Assembly (NCBI GenBank): GCA_030141605.1
Contig: JAQGDQ010000314.1
Location: 62,001-126,000 of the forward strand
DNA: 64,000 nucleotides
Source: Tubiluchus corallicola
Taxonomy: Eukaryota; Animalia; Priapulida
Direction: 5' to 3'
In this document: one piece after another, positions 1-10,267 of the stretch
Numbering within the stretch: the stretch's first letter is position 1
Layout: each line of letters starts with the position of its first letter
Notes under the pieces: model-generated
Seen by the model: the letters and a program-made list of their open reading frames with translations, nothing else
What the model was told of the DNA's origin: nothing
Databases searched by the model: none
Made by a program: the position numbers and the translations under genes

Positions 1-2367
1 TACTTGCACATTCATCAATATCAATTTCACAATGTCTACCACTGTAACCCTGCTTACATTCGCAAGTGTAATTGTTTATCAAGTCTTTGCATGTTCCAGC
101 ATGTTGACAAATATCCTGCCTGCAGTCATTAATGTTCTGCTCACACAGAACGCCTGTAAATCCAGTCTGACAGACACATCTGTGTTCACTAATATTCAGT
201 GGAGGCAGATCAATGCATGTTGCATTATTCTGACATCTATTGTCTTGGAGGCAGGCATCAATGTCAGTCTCGCATTGTGGTCCAGTAGACCCAGTTACAC
301 AAAGGCATATATATCTATTCACCAGGTCAAAACAAGTACCATTATGGCGACATGGTAAAGATGCACATTCATCAATATTTTTGCTGCAGTCTGTCAAAGT
401 GTAGCCGGGAGCACAACTGCAGCTATAGCTATTCAAGTGATCTGTACATGTTCCGTCATTCTTACAAGGAGCACTATCACATTCGTTGACTTCAGTGGAA
501 CAGTTCTTGTCAGTGTATCCAGGAACACAAAGACATATGTATTCATTTACTCCATCAGTACAAGTGGCATTGTTTAGACAGGGTTTAGGTAAGCAATCAT
601 TGATATCAGTTTCACAGTCTTTTCCGGTGTATCCTTCCAGACATGTGCAGTTGTAATAGCCTTGATAATCTACACAGGTTCCACCGTTCTTGCATGGGTA
701 AGGAACGCAATCATCAACATCATTGTTACAATGATTACCAGTAAATGCATGCGTACATGTGCATTTGTATCCATTCACTCCGTCATGACATGTACCATTG
801 TTTTTACAGGGACCGGAACTGCATTCATCAGTGTTTGTTTCACACCTCTTCCCTTCAAAACCAGTCTGGCAGTAACACTGATATCGATTTATTTGATTAA
901 TGCATGATCCACCGTTTAAACAAGGATCAGAGACACATTCATTAATATCTTTATCACACAGTTTTCCTTCATACCCAGGGTCACATTCACAAGTGTAGCC
1001 ATTCACTTTATCTGTACAATTACCAAACTTGCATGGATTCACTGCGCATTCATCAATGTTTATTTCACAATCTTTTCCGGTGTAACCTGCATAACATGTA
1101 CACCAGTAGGCATTCAACAAATCAGTGCATTTACCATTTTGGCAAGGATTTGGGGCGCATTCATCAATATTAGTTTCACATCTTGGTCCTGTAAACCCGC
1201 CGTTACAGTCACATTCGAAGAAATTGATTTTGTCGATACAAATCCCATTTCCATTGCATGGGTTTTGGACACTTTGACATTCATTGATGTCTGTGTTGCA
1301 CACTTTCCCAGTATACCCTGCATCACATTGGCAGTCATACGTGCCAACATTTTTTTGGTTACATGTACCGTGGTCACACGGATTAGGATTACACATGTCT
1401 GTAACAGTCTCACACATTGCTCCAGTGTAACCATGTACACATATGCAGTTATAGGAAAATAAACCATTTATCAAAACATGATTGCACGTTCCATTATTCT
1501 TGCAAGGATTACTATTACACGGAGGTGGTATTTCACAATTATTTCCAGTGTACCCTAGTGTACATGCACAGCTGTACTTTGCTCCGGTATGCTTATTAAT
1601 GCAACTTCCGCCATTTTGACATGGCTGCGAAGTACATCTAGGCTGGATTTCACAATATGTTCCTTCATAGAACTCTAGACAATTACACTTGAAGGCTCCA
1701 GGAGTATTCCCATCTACACATGTTCCACCATTTTGGCATCTGTTCTTACCTTGGCTTATCCAATCACGACATTTATAAACGTTTTGACAGTTAATCCCTT
1801 TGTACCCAGTTTTACACGTGCATTTATATCTTCCGGGTCCAAGTCTTCTACACGTTCCACCATTCAAGCATGGTGAATGTGTGCAAGGGTTGTCAGGGTT
1901 GCTACAATCCTCTCCATACCATCCACGGTGACATACGCATCTATACTGAAATGGCCAAACATTATAGTTTACTATCTGACATACGCCACCTCTTCCAAAA
2001 CGCCCTTTTCTTGACAAATAACAAAAATCTAGACATTCGGTTCTATTGTCCCATATTATTTGTCTTTTAACCCTGTGTATCTTGTACTTTTTTCCAGATT
2101 GTCCTAAATTGCAATTGCATGAGTTTCGATCGGCTTTGTCAGCACAAGTTTCGTTGCGTTTGCAAGGATTAGAAGCGTCTTTGTTGATTTCTTCACAGTA
2201 TGGAAGTTGAAATCCGGTTGAGCAATTCTCACAGACGAAATCAGAGTGGTGCAAGTTGGAAGCATTGCGTCCCCGAAGTGATGGTGGATTCCAGCATGTG
2301 AATTGAACCTCCTTCCAGCGCAATAACATTAACCATCTCATTCTGCAATCACAACGCAGGGGAATTT
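1..2367 (-). CDS. Exon 2 (3'-partial) of an LRR + multi-EGF extracellular protein: LRRCT cap, degenerate EGF, RVKR site, >=17 tandem EGF repeats (Notch/fibropellin-like, many Ca-binding)
   Basis: Manual translation is open from the acceptor (tttacaattgcag, AG at 2369-2368) to the window end. It reads EIPLRCDCRMRWL...CWNPPSLRGRNASNLHHSDFVC (LRRCT), then repeats such as DINECVSDPCLNGGSCINQINRYQCYCQTGFEGKRCE and NIDECASLPCRHNGTCFDLVNRYICLC with 6-Cys EGF spacing. Confidence 0.93.
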
Positions 2368-3341
2368 CTGCAATTGTAAAATAATGACAATTTTTTGTGT
2401 TCTGTTTAGTATTTTCTGTTATTAAAGCCAAGGTATATGTTGGTAGGCTTGCAATACCAACTGATCATGGTTACGTGCAAATTTTTTATAAACCCCCCCA
2501 AGAAATCTACTCTACCAGATGCCACAAAACTGAGTATAAGTTAACAAGAGTCGTCCAAAAGGAATCTACAAATCGCTAAATCTTCGGGAAAGCAGTATCC
2601 CAAACTCGCGTGGTCGATCAAACAGTACGACAGAAAACTCGATAACCTGAAGTTGCCGAAAGTTTGCAATGTCACGACTCCTTGTCTGTATTAGTTTGTG
2701 CTCGACTAAAGGACGAGCTTTTCTAAGCAGTGACTGTTTATGGTTAAGTAAAATAAGTTTCTCTTTATGTTTAACTGTGTGTAAAACTGGTTTGATTCAT
2801 CAAGTATTAAATTGTTTGGCCTTGTAAAGAACACTGTTGTGTATAACTTTTAGAACGGTTTAAATTGTGTGATAGTATGAAATTATCAGAGTTCATTAAT
2901 AAGGTACACGTACTAAATGAGACTTTTCTCATTCATTGACATTTTTTAATAATTAAGTCTAGGTCTAACAGGAGTGTACTGTAGGCCTGTTACAAGTCAG
3001 TAAGGGAATCAGTCAGTTTGTCCGTGAGTGAGCAAGGATGAGTAAATGAGCGAGGGGTGAGTGAAGTGGGTGCCAACTTGTTTTCTATTGTTTAAGTGTT
3101 TTATTCATGAAGCCTGTGAGACCTTGACAACTAAATACCAGCAAGTTACTATTGTTTACTCCAGTTTAATCTGGGTACGATTTCAATATTAGGCCTTTGG
3201 CTAAGGCCAAGTGTTATTAGGTGCTACTGAACTTAATTATTTTTCGGATGGTTTAATTAATTTCGCTTAAATTTTTATTTGAAATTCGATATTAAAAAAT
3301 GTAAAATTTTTATAATAGCGTTCAGAATAGAGATAACTTAC
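2368..3341 (-). other. GT-AG intron (974 bp, phase 1) of the LRR-EGF gene
   Basis: Donor GTAAGT and acceptor TTGCAG; the reading frame is preserved across the junction. Confidence 0.85.
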
Positions 3342-4029
3342 CATTTAACCGCACAGCAATAAATTTTGTTATTGAGGCATCTATTCCAGGATACATCATG
3401 GTTTCTAACACGCCTCTTTTTATATTTATCTCTTTAATTTGCACAACAAATGTTAGATCCAGGTTAAGAAAGCTTAGATTATGAAGATTTTCTAGAGTAA
3501 TAGCTGTCATATATTTCTGGTAATAAAAAGCTAGTGGATCAATCAACTTCAAACTATCACTTTGTATTATATCTAAATTTTCAACATGGCCTGCAATTTC
3601 GAAAGCTCCAACCTTAGACAGATTATGAAATGCTATTAAAGAGAGACGTTTTAATACTTTTCCAGATAAGAAATCACTTGGTAACCTGTCAGAGTCATAA
3701 TTTCTGATTACTAATGTATCACCATGATCATTGATAATTGTATCAATAGTTGAAATTGCAGTTCTTGTGACAGATTTGCCTAACCATCCGTGACACACAA
3801 TGTGACAGCCTTGAGCTTTATTTTCACTAAAAATTGCGTGCTTGTTGCAAAACAAAGTTTTGTTAGAGTCAGGTCTGCAGGGTAGACAATCTACCACCGT
3901 GATCACGACCGCAAGCAAGTTAAAGAAATTTATCTGATATTTTAACTTGAAACAAAGGATGTATGTTGTCTTGACAGATACAAACTGTAACCATTTAAAG
4001 GAATTCCTAAATGCGAATTGACTTATCAT
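3342..4029 (-). CDS. Exon 1 of the LRR-EGF gene: hydrophobic signal-like stretch, Cys-containing N-cap and divergent leucine-rich repeats
   Basis: ORF 3322..4035 contains FFNLLAVVITVVDC, LKRLSLIAFHNLSKV, LKLIDPLAFYYQ and LENLHNLSFLNL. The GTAAGT donor at 3341-3336 follows AAT G, and the phase-1 join to exon 2 gives RLN-E-IPLRCDC in frame. The exact start codon is uncertain. Confidence 0.8.
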
Positions 4030-4644
4030 GTTCAAAAAGTCTCCAGGTGATGTCTACGTCTCACTGTGTCTACAATAAGACTAAATGCATAACCGTAAGC
4101 CGTACGGTTCGACAGTGAACAATGAAACGGACAATATGACTCGATTACGGAATTGACAAAAATAGACAATTGGCAAGAAAATTCAGGCTGACGTCATTTG
4201 GGAAAAATAATGCATTTTCGAATACTTTTTTAGAAATTTAGCTGAAACAATTTAGCTAAAACGAGTTTTGACAAAGAGGCAGAAAATAGCAGTGGTTTCG
4301 TAAATACGGAAACAATACGTGTTGCCTATCTCAAAAAACTAAGCAGCTCTGAGAAAGTTCCAATAATATTATAATAATAATAATATTATTTAGACTATTA
4401 GTACTCTGACAGAGCCTATAATAGAACAATCAATAAGTGGTGATTCGCAGCACTAAAAAAAATATTATAAAAAATTACGAATTTGTAACGACAGTCTTCT
4501 CAAAAGATTTTTGAAAAAAATACCAAAGACCACGCTTAAGATAACCAAAAACTGTGATCGGCTGAAATTTGCTTATTTTTCCTGGAATTCGTTTTGTAAC
4601 TAATTGGTGTTAAAGACGTGCTCTAGAGTTTAGCATGCTAATCA

Positions 4645-6590
4645 TCTTTCTTTCTTCTTCAAAGTCTCATCACACCTATTGTACTCATTGAGAGTATTTC
4701 ACCCATTTCTCTCTGCAGTTAACAGCGTAAGTTCTTCTGCTCTTAAAGAGAGATTTGGTTGAAGTTGTTGAAGATCTATCTTAGCTATGTCGAGAAATTA
4801 AATTCTGCTTTATTCATATGGGCTTCGTTACAGTTCAGGCCTTTAACTAGGTCAATTTCTACAGAAAGACATGTTTAGTTAAGTTTGCGGTACGACTTCT
4901 TCCTGTACACAATAAAGAATATATATAGTTCGCAAATTTCTATATCTAAAGATGGTTTTCTTTCAACGTATCGGATCCAAAATTTTTGCAACACGCTACC
5001 CAAGTTGTTTTAGGTTTACTGGGTGGTTTTTGTAACGTTTTAAGGCTTCTTTTAAGGCGATTCTTACTGGTGCTTCATTTGTTAATTTTGGAAAATGTCT
5101 AGCCATCTTTATCTTCGGATCTTGATTTTTGAACTCCAAGAAATTTCTTTCGTTCTGGTGTATTAATTTTCATTTTTGATTATGTATGGCCATCTTACTC
5201 TTAAAACTTTCCTTAGAAGACTTCTATAAAATGTGTCAATCTTCAGTAATCGTTAAACCCCAAGTTTCGCTGTTGTACATAAGTATGCTGATAACGAAAG
5301 CATTAAATAATCGAAGTCTTATGTTGTATAGTAATCCTTGGTTAAGACATAATTTCTTGGTAGTTAATACATTCTTGTGCTGAGGAAAAACATGCATTGC
5401 TTGTTGTTTTCTGCTTTTAATATCATCTTCGGTGTTTAGGAAAGTGCCCATGTACTTGCACTTTTTCAAGACTGATTACCATCTCTTGCAATAATATATT
5501 CTTCTGTTTTTGACTGATTTACTTGAAGATTTCTTTTCTCTAGGTTTTTTGGAAAATCTGTTTTTTTACGTTACTTTGAAAATTTGATTCATTTATCTTC
5601 GCATTGTCTGCATATCGTTGATCACTGGTTCACAGGATTCCAAAGAAGAATAGAAGTGGCCCGGAACACGTTGAAGAAGGTTATCACAGACAGTGGTATC
5701 GCAGTCATGATCATCATTTGGAGGAGTTTCGATCTTAAGTGCATTTGCTAAGCAGAGCGTGAAAAGTACTAGACTAAGCCCTGGGACCACAATATTCGTA
5801 CTAAAAGTTCTTCCTAAGGTGTTTCCAATTTCTTTCAGTAAGTTCAACATCCCTTAGTAGAATTGCAATAATGTGCACTTCATCTGGTTGTAGTATGGAT
5901 TGTAGGTCAATGAAGAGATTTTCTCTCTCTACAGTATCAAACGCCTTGCTCATATCAAGTAACAAGGCAGTGATGTGAGAAGAAATGGATGTGACTGCTT
6001 TTTCTGCTAGTATTTTTGCTGCATTACTAGTTCAGTAATGCTTCGCCTCTCCCTATATGCGGTTTGACTTGATGGAATGTTGCCATTTAATCTGTCATGT
6101 ATGCGTCTGATCATGCATATAGTCAAAATTTTTCTTAACAAATTCAGCAGTATAATTATTTTTAAATTTCTACTGGTCATTTCTTCTTTTTAGATTTTGG
6201 AATAGGCCCTAATACCCCCCCCATTTCACTTCTTTTGGATAGTTTCCTGTTTCTGCAATAGTGTTTAGTAAATTCGATATTCCAATGCTAATGACTTTGG
6301 CCCATGCTTTAGCTGTTCTGCTACAAGATTATCTATATCCGGGCTTTTCCATTCTTTAAAGATTTTACTGTGTTTAAAACCTCTTCTTTAAAAGGTGATT
6401 CCATTGCCATTGTTTAATCTCAGGAATATTTTTTGTATTATTGTTGTTAAGCCCTTTCAAAAAAATATAGTTATAATTTCTGATGCTTCCAGTTCATTGG
6501 CAGTAACCCCTTCATCAGTTTGAAAGAATATCCTGCTTTTTGGTTTGCTTCTTGTGATATATTCTATTGTTTCTATTACATGCTAATCTT
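4645..6590 (-). mobile_element. Decayed, 5'-truncated non-LTR retrotransposon (RTE-like LINE) reverse transcriptase remnant
   Basis: Minus-strand peptide fragments: KSPDIDNLVAEQLKHG, ITALLLDMSKAFDTVER (RT motif), LSLVLFTLCLANAL, YMGTFL...RLRLFNAFVISILMYNSETW, KPKTTW. Many stops and frameshifts; a GAA-rich 3' tail lies near 4650. Confidence 0.85.
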
Positions 6591-7039
6591 GGCACCTATA
6601 ATGAAATTCTATGAAATGTGCGAATAAACATTTTAATAAGCACCCATAGGTATTTCTTTTAATTTTCGTAATTTCTCTAATTGCTCGTATAATGTTAAAA
6701 TCAAGTTCGTTAAGTATATGTTCAGCCGACATATTTGGAAAGGAGTTTACAATTCCGCACACAGTTTAAATACCCTATCTTAACCCTAACCCTAATCCGC
6801 TTCACGAACTATTCCTTGTGTGTGGGGTATTGTTAACTTTGTACACTATTTGCATAAAGAAACTTAATTATAGACTATTGAGTTTAATCAGCTGTCTGAC
6901 GTTATTGAATCATGATATGAGCCCGAACAATCAGATCTAACTTAATTTTCTACAAAAAACTCGCAATTTCATTCATAAACGCCCAACTTTTTCATATATT
7001 TGCACGATGTCAATGTAATTGCTAATTCTGCGTTAGTAA

Positions 7040-7122
7040 ACACCAGAGATCAGTCTTGTGTTGAGAGTTTGTCTTTCACAGTAGGCCTGCTCAGTCAGTT
7101 TACCGAGTATTGGAAAGTACAG
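7040..7122 (+). promoter_or_regulatory. Candidate first non-coding exon / TSS of a + strand gene
   Basis: TCAGTC/TCAGTT initiator-like motifs followed by ACAG|GTAAAG at 7122/7123. The start coordinate is approximate and this is inference only. Confidence 0.3.
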
Positions 7123-7847
7123 GTAAAGCATTGGCACTTTTGGCAAGCCCTTGTGTGATAAAATTTGTGTTTTTTCCTCTATATCAATCCCCATTTTCCA
7201 GCCTTGCACAGTAATAGGTACTCATTGGGATATTGACAAGACATTTGTGTTGTCTACATCGCGGCGTTAGTCCGTATTTTAGTCTTTTGAAACTAAATCT
7301 TGGTTTCTCACCAAGGCTAGCTGTTACAGTCCTGCAATTTCGAGACCTATCTTGGTTTTCAGAGATCTTGCTGGAATTTCAGATCATACCAAAGATGAAC
7401 GTCATTAGCTGTACCTTTCTCATTCCTGTAATCGGGATAATTGTATTGCAGAAATATTTCCACCAATCGGATGTTTTGACAATTCAGTCGTCAAGAATCG
7501 AATTACTTAAGTTACACAAGCACAGTTACAGTTTCACATCCTTTTCAACAAACTCTTTTTGTTACAAAACAGTTGCCTGGGGTTCTCTTCTTTTTTCATA
7601 CCTAAGCTAAGCCTTCATCTTCCAGAAGATTATGATTCTTACGTGCTGATGAAATTTAAAAATAATTTGCATTGCTGTAATAAAATTTAATTATTATCCC
7701 ATTGTTTGCCAAGCAATGCTCTGGAGCACAACATCCGCTAGGGAAGGAAAAAATCGCTTGTCATAATAGTGTTTTTATAAAAAAGCAAAAATTAAATTAG
7801 AAACTTCCACATTTAGCATGGCAGAAGTGTGTTAGAGGTCTCACTGT

Positions 7848-8037
<190 letters not shown>

Positions 8038-8834
8038 ACAATCATAATTATGGCGATTCCACAGTTTCATCTTTATCTGTCGCTGTGGGTAGCTTGTGCT
8101 GTGATACTAACAGATGCGTATATGAGTGTCCAAGAATTGAAGCGTATACAAATTGGATAGAATGGCGGCTGTTTACGAAACTTTGTTGCTTTTAACCAGG
8201 AAATAATGTGTTGTAAGGTATTCCTTAAATTGTTGGACGTCACTGCCGCTACAGTTACGTCGAAGTATGTTTTGTGATTCAGTAACGTAACGTTTTTTTC
8301 TAGTGTATTACTTAAGATTTGGTATTACTCAATAATTAGTATTATTAAAATTTCAACAATACAACTTACAAGTACAACATGATTCAATTTTTGACCTGAC
8401 TGGTGTTTATGTTTAACGAGTACTACAGGTGTTTACGTTTTACGAGTTTAGAGGCGACTTTTACTCTAAAAAATTAAGCCTAGTAGTTGGTTTGTAAATT
8501 TTTTAGAACGTAAATATACGTTGACCATTGTCATTGATCGACCATTGATGTATAACTTGTAAGAATGTGGCATCTACCCTATATAGAAGATGATAGTGTT
8601 ATTGGAGTGTGAATATTGATAATTTTGCCCAAGTTTTCTGTATGCTTGTGTAATCTGCCCTTAATTACTGAAAGGCATTGCTCTTCACGCCTCTGTTAGA
8701 CAGATTTGGTAACTAATCCTTGATGCAAATAGGTTCTCAAAACCGCATGTTAACTCTGGTTCATTGTCTGTTTTAAGCCTATTGTTTCTCATTTTTGTTT
8801 AGCTGTTTATTTTACAGTTGTTTACGATATGTCA

Positions 8835-8860
8835 AATATATATATATATATACATATATA

Positions 8861-8925
<65 letters not shown>

Positions 8926-8950
8926 TATATATATATATGTACATATATGT
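8835..8950. repeat. (AT)n microsatellite
   Basis: Directly visible. Confidence 0.97.
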
Positions 8951-8955
8951 ACATC

Positions 8956-9705
8956 AATATTCGGCGCTATTACACTTTCGCACCGCCTAGCTTTTTCTAG
9001 GTTATTACTCGTTTTTAGGCTCGTACGTCATCAGTCTATTATTCTTATGTCATCAGTGAATGTTTCCGCTAATCTAATTGTAATTTAATCATATATTTAG
9101 GTATAATTACCAATAATTACGCTGTATTCACAGTTCTACACGTATCGCCATCTTGTTTGTGTGTGTAGTCACGTGACGAATTTCGTACTAGTTTATGCAT
9201 TATCAGGGCCTAGCTTAAAAGCACGTGACACACTTTCATCTTCACCGCATGTATAAAATAAAGAAAAAACCTTTACTTTTTTTATAATCTAATAGTAATA
9301 ATACTACAGTAATAAATAAAATTAATGATAAATAACTGTAGTCGTCTAAAATAATTTCCTCGTATATGCCAGCTTGGGTCCCGTGGCTGCAACCCTAATA
9401 ATCATAAATTATGCGAAGAAACTAAAAATACATGTTAAGGGCCACATCGTCACTGCGCGAGAGCGATTGCGCATTAGTGGTGTAAACGCAGTTATGCATG
9501 TGGAGCTTTTTGCGTAATGCCGGCGGTAAGTAAGGTATGATTTTAATCTGATTTTAATCTGGAATTATAAAGCGTAAAAAGCAATAATATTATGGGAATA
9601 TGGTGTATATTACGCCTGTTGGTCTGCTTTCTGGCCTGCAGGCGTGAAAAGAACCAATAGGCCACGAAAAGCTAGGCGGTGCAAAGTGTAATAGCGCCCA
9701 ATATT
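8956..9705. mobile_element. Non-autonomous TIR element (MITE), ~40-bp terminal inverted repeats
   Basis: Left end aatattcggcgctattacactttcgcaccgcctagctttt; right end aaaagctaggcggtgcaaagtgtaatagcgcccaatatt, a near-perfect reverse complement. Confidence 0.85.
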
Positions 9706-9845
9706 CTAATATCGGTTTCAGTACATTACAGTGTAAAGAAATGTTGATCATCTGTAATCATTTTTACATGCCAATATTTTAATATCGGAATCAGTACATC
9801 ATAGTGTCAAGAAATATTGATCATCTCAAGTGATTTTGACATGCC
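9700..9845. repeat. Two diverged ~72-bp tandem copies
   Basis: aatatt(c/t)taatatcgg..tcagtacat..agtgt.aagaaat.ttgatcatct...acatgcc occurs twice. Confidence 0.75.
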
Positions 9846-10063
9846 GGCTCGTTCTTTGGAAATTCTAACATTCCAGATTATCAAAACACCAGACTGTGAT
9901 AATTTTAACTACGAAATAACTAATTTCTGCAAAATGAATTTCCTATTTTGTTGTTTTTGTAATAATAACTTAACAAGCAGCTGAAGAAAATGCACTTTAT
10001 AAAAAAATAGTGATTTATAATTAATGTGTCCGTGTTTTACTTTCCTGGAAGTTTTTCTTGCAG

Positions 10064-10267
10064 TTAATTACTGATCCTCACTTTCTAAGTGTGGGGATGC
10101 ATTGGGATATAGATCTGTACATTGAAATAATTAGTGCGTGTTTTCTGTGTTTCAATTAGCTCGTGGTAGACTGTTAGAAATTGTTTATTCTTTGGTTAGT
10201 CATTACTCTGAAGTCATGTGCAAGGAAGTGAGCAGCATGCAACATTTTTCTAATACTGTACAATCTG
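10064..10267 (+). other. Candidate 5'UTR exon of the + strand gene
   Basis: Acceptor tttttcttgcag ends at 10063 and donor CTG|GTAAGT starts at 10268; no long ORF. Confidence 0.4.

Noticed and set aside
32-2070. ORF-track entries 32..358, 662..907, 1114..1467, 1139..1462, 1417..1599 and 1870..2070
   Set aside because: These are antisense or off-frame shadows of the EGF exon.
1-4029. Naming the gene Slit or Notch
   Set aside because: It has only one short LRR unit, too many uninterrupted EGFs and no laminin-G domain for Slit; Notch has no LRR. The C-terminus lies outside the window.
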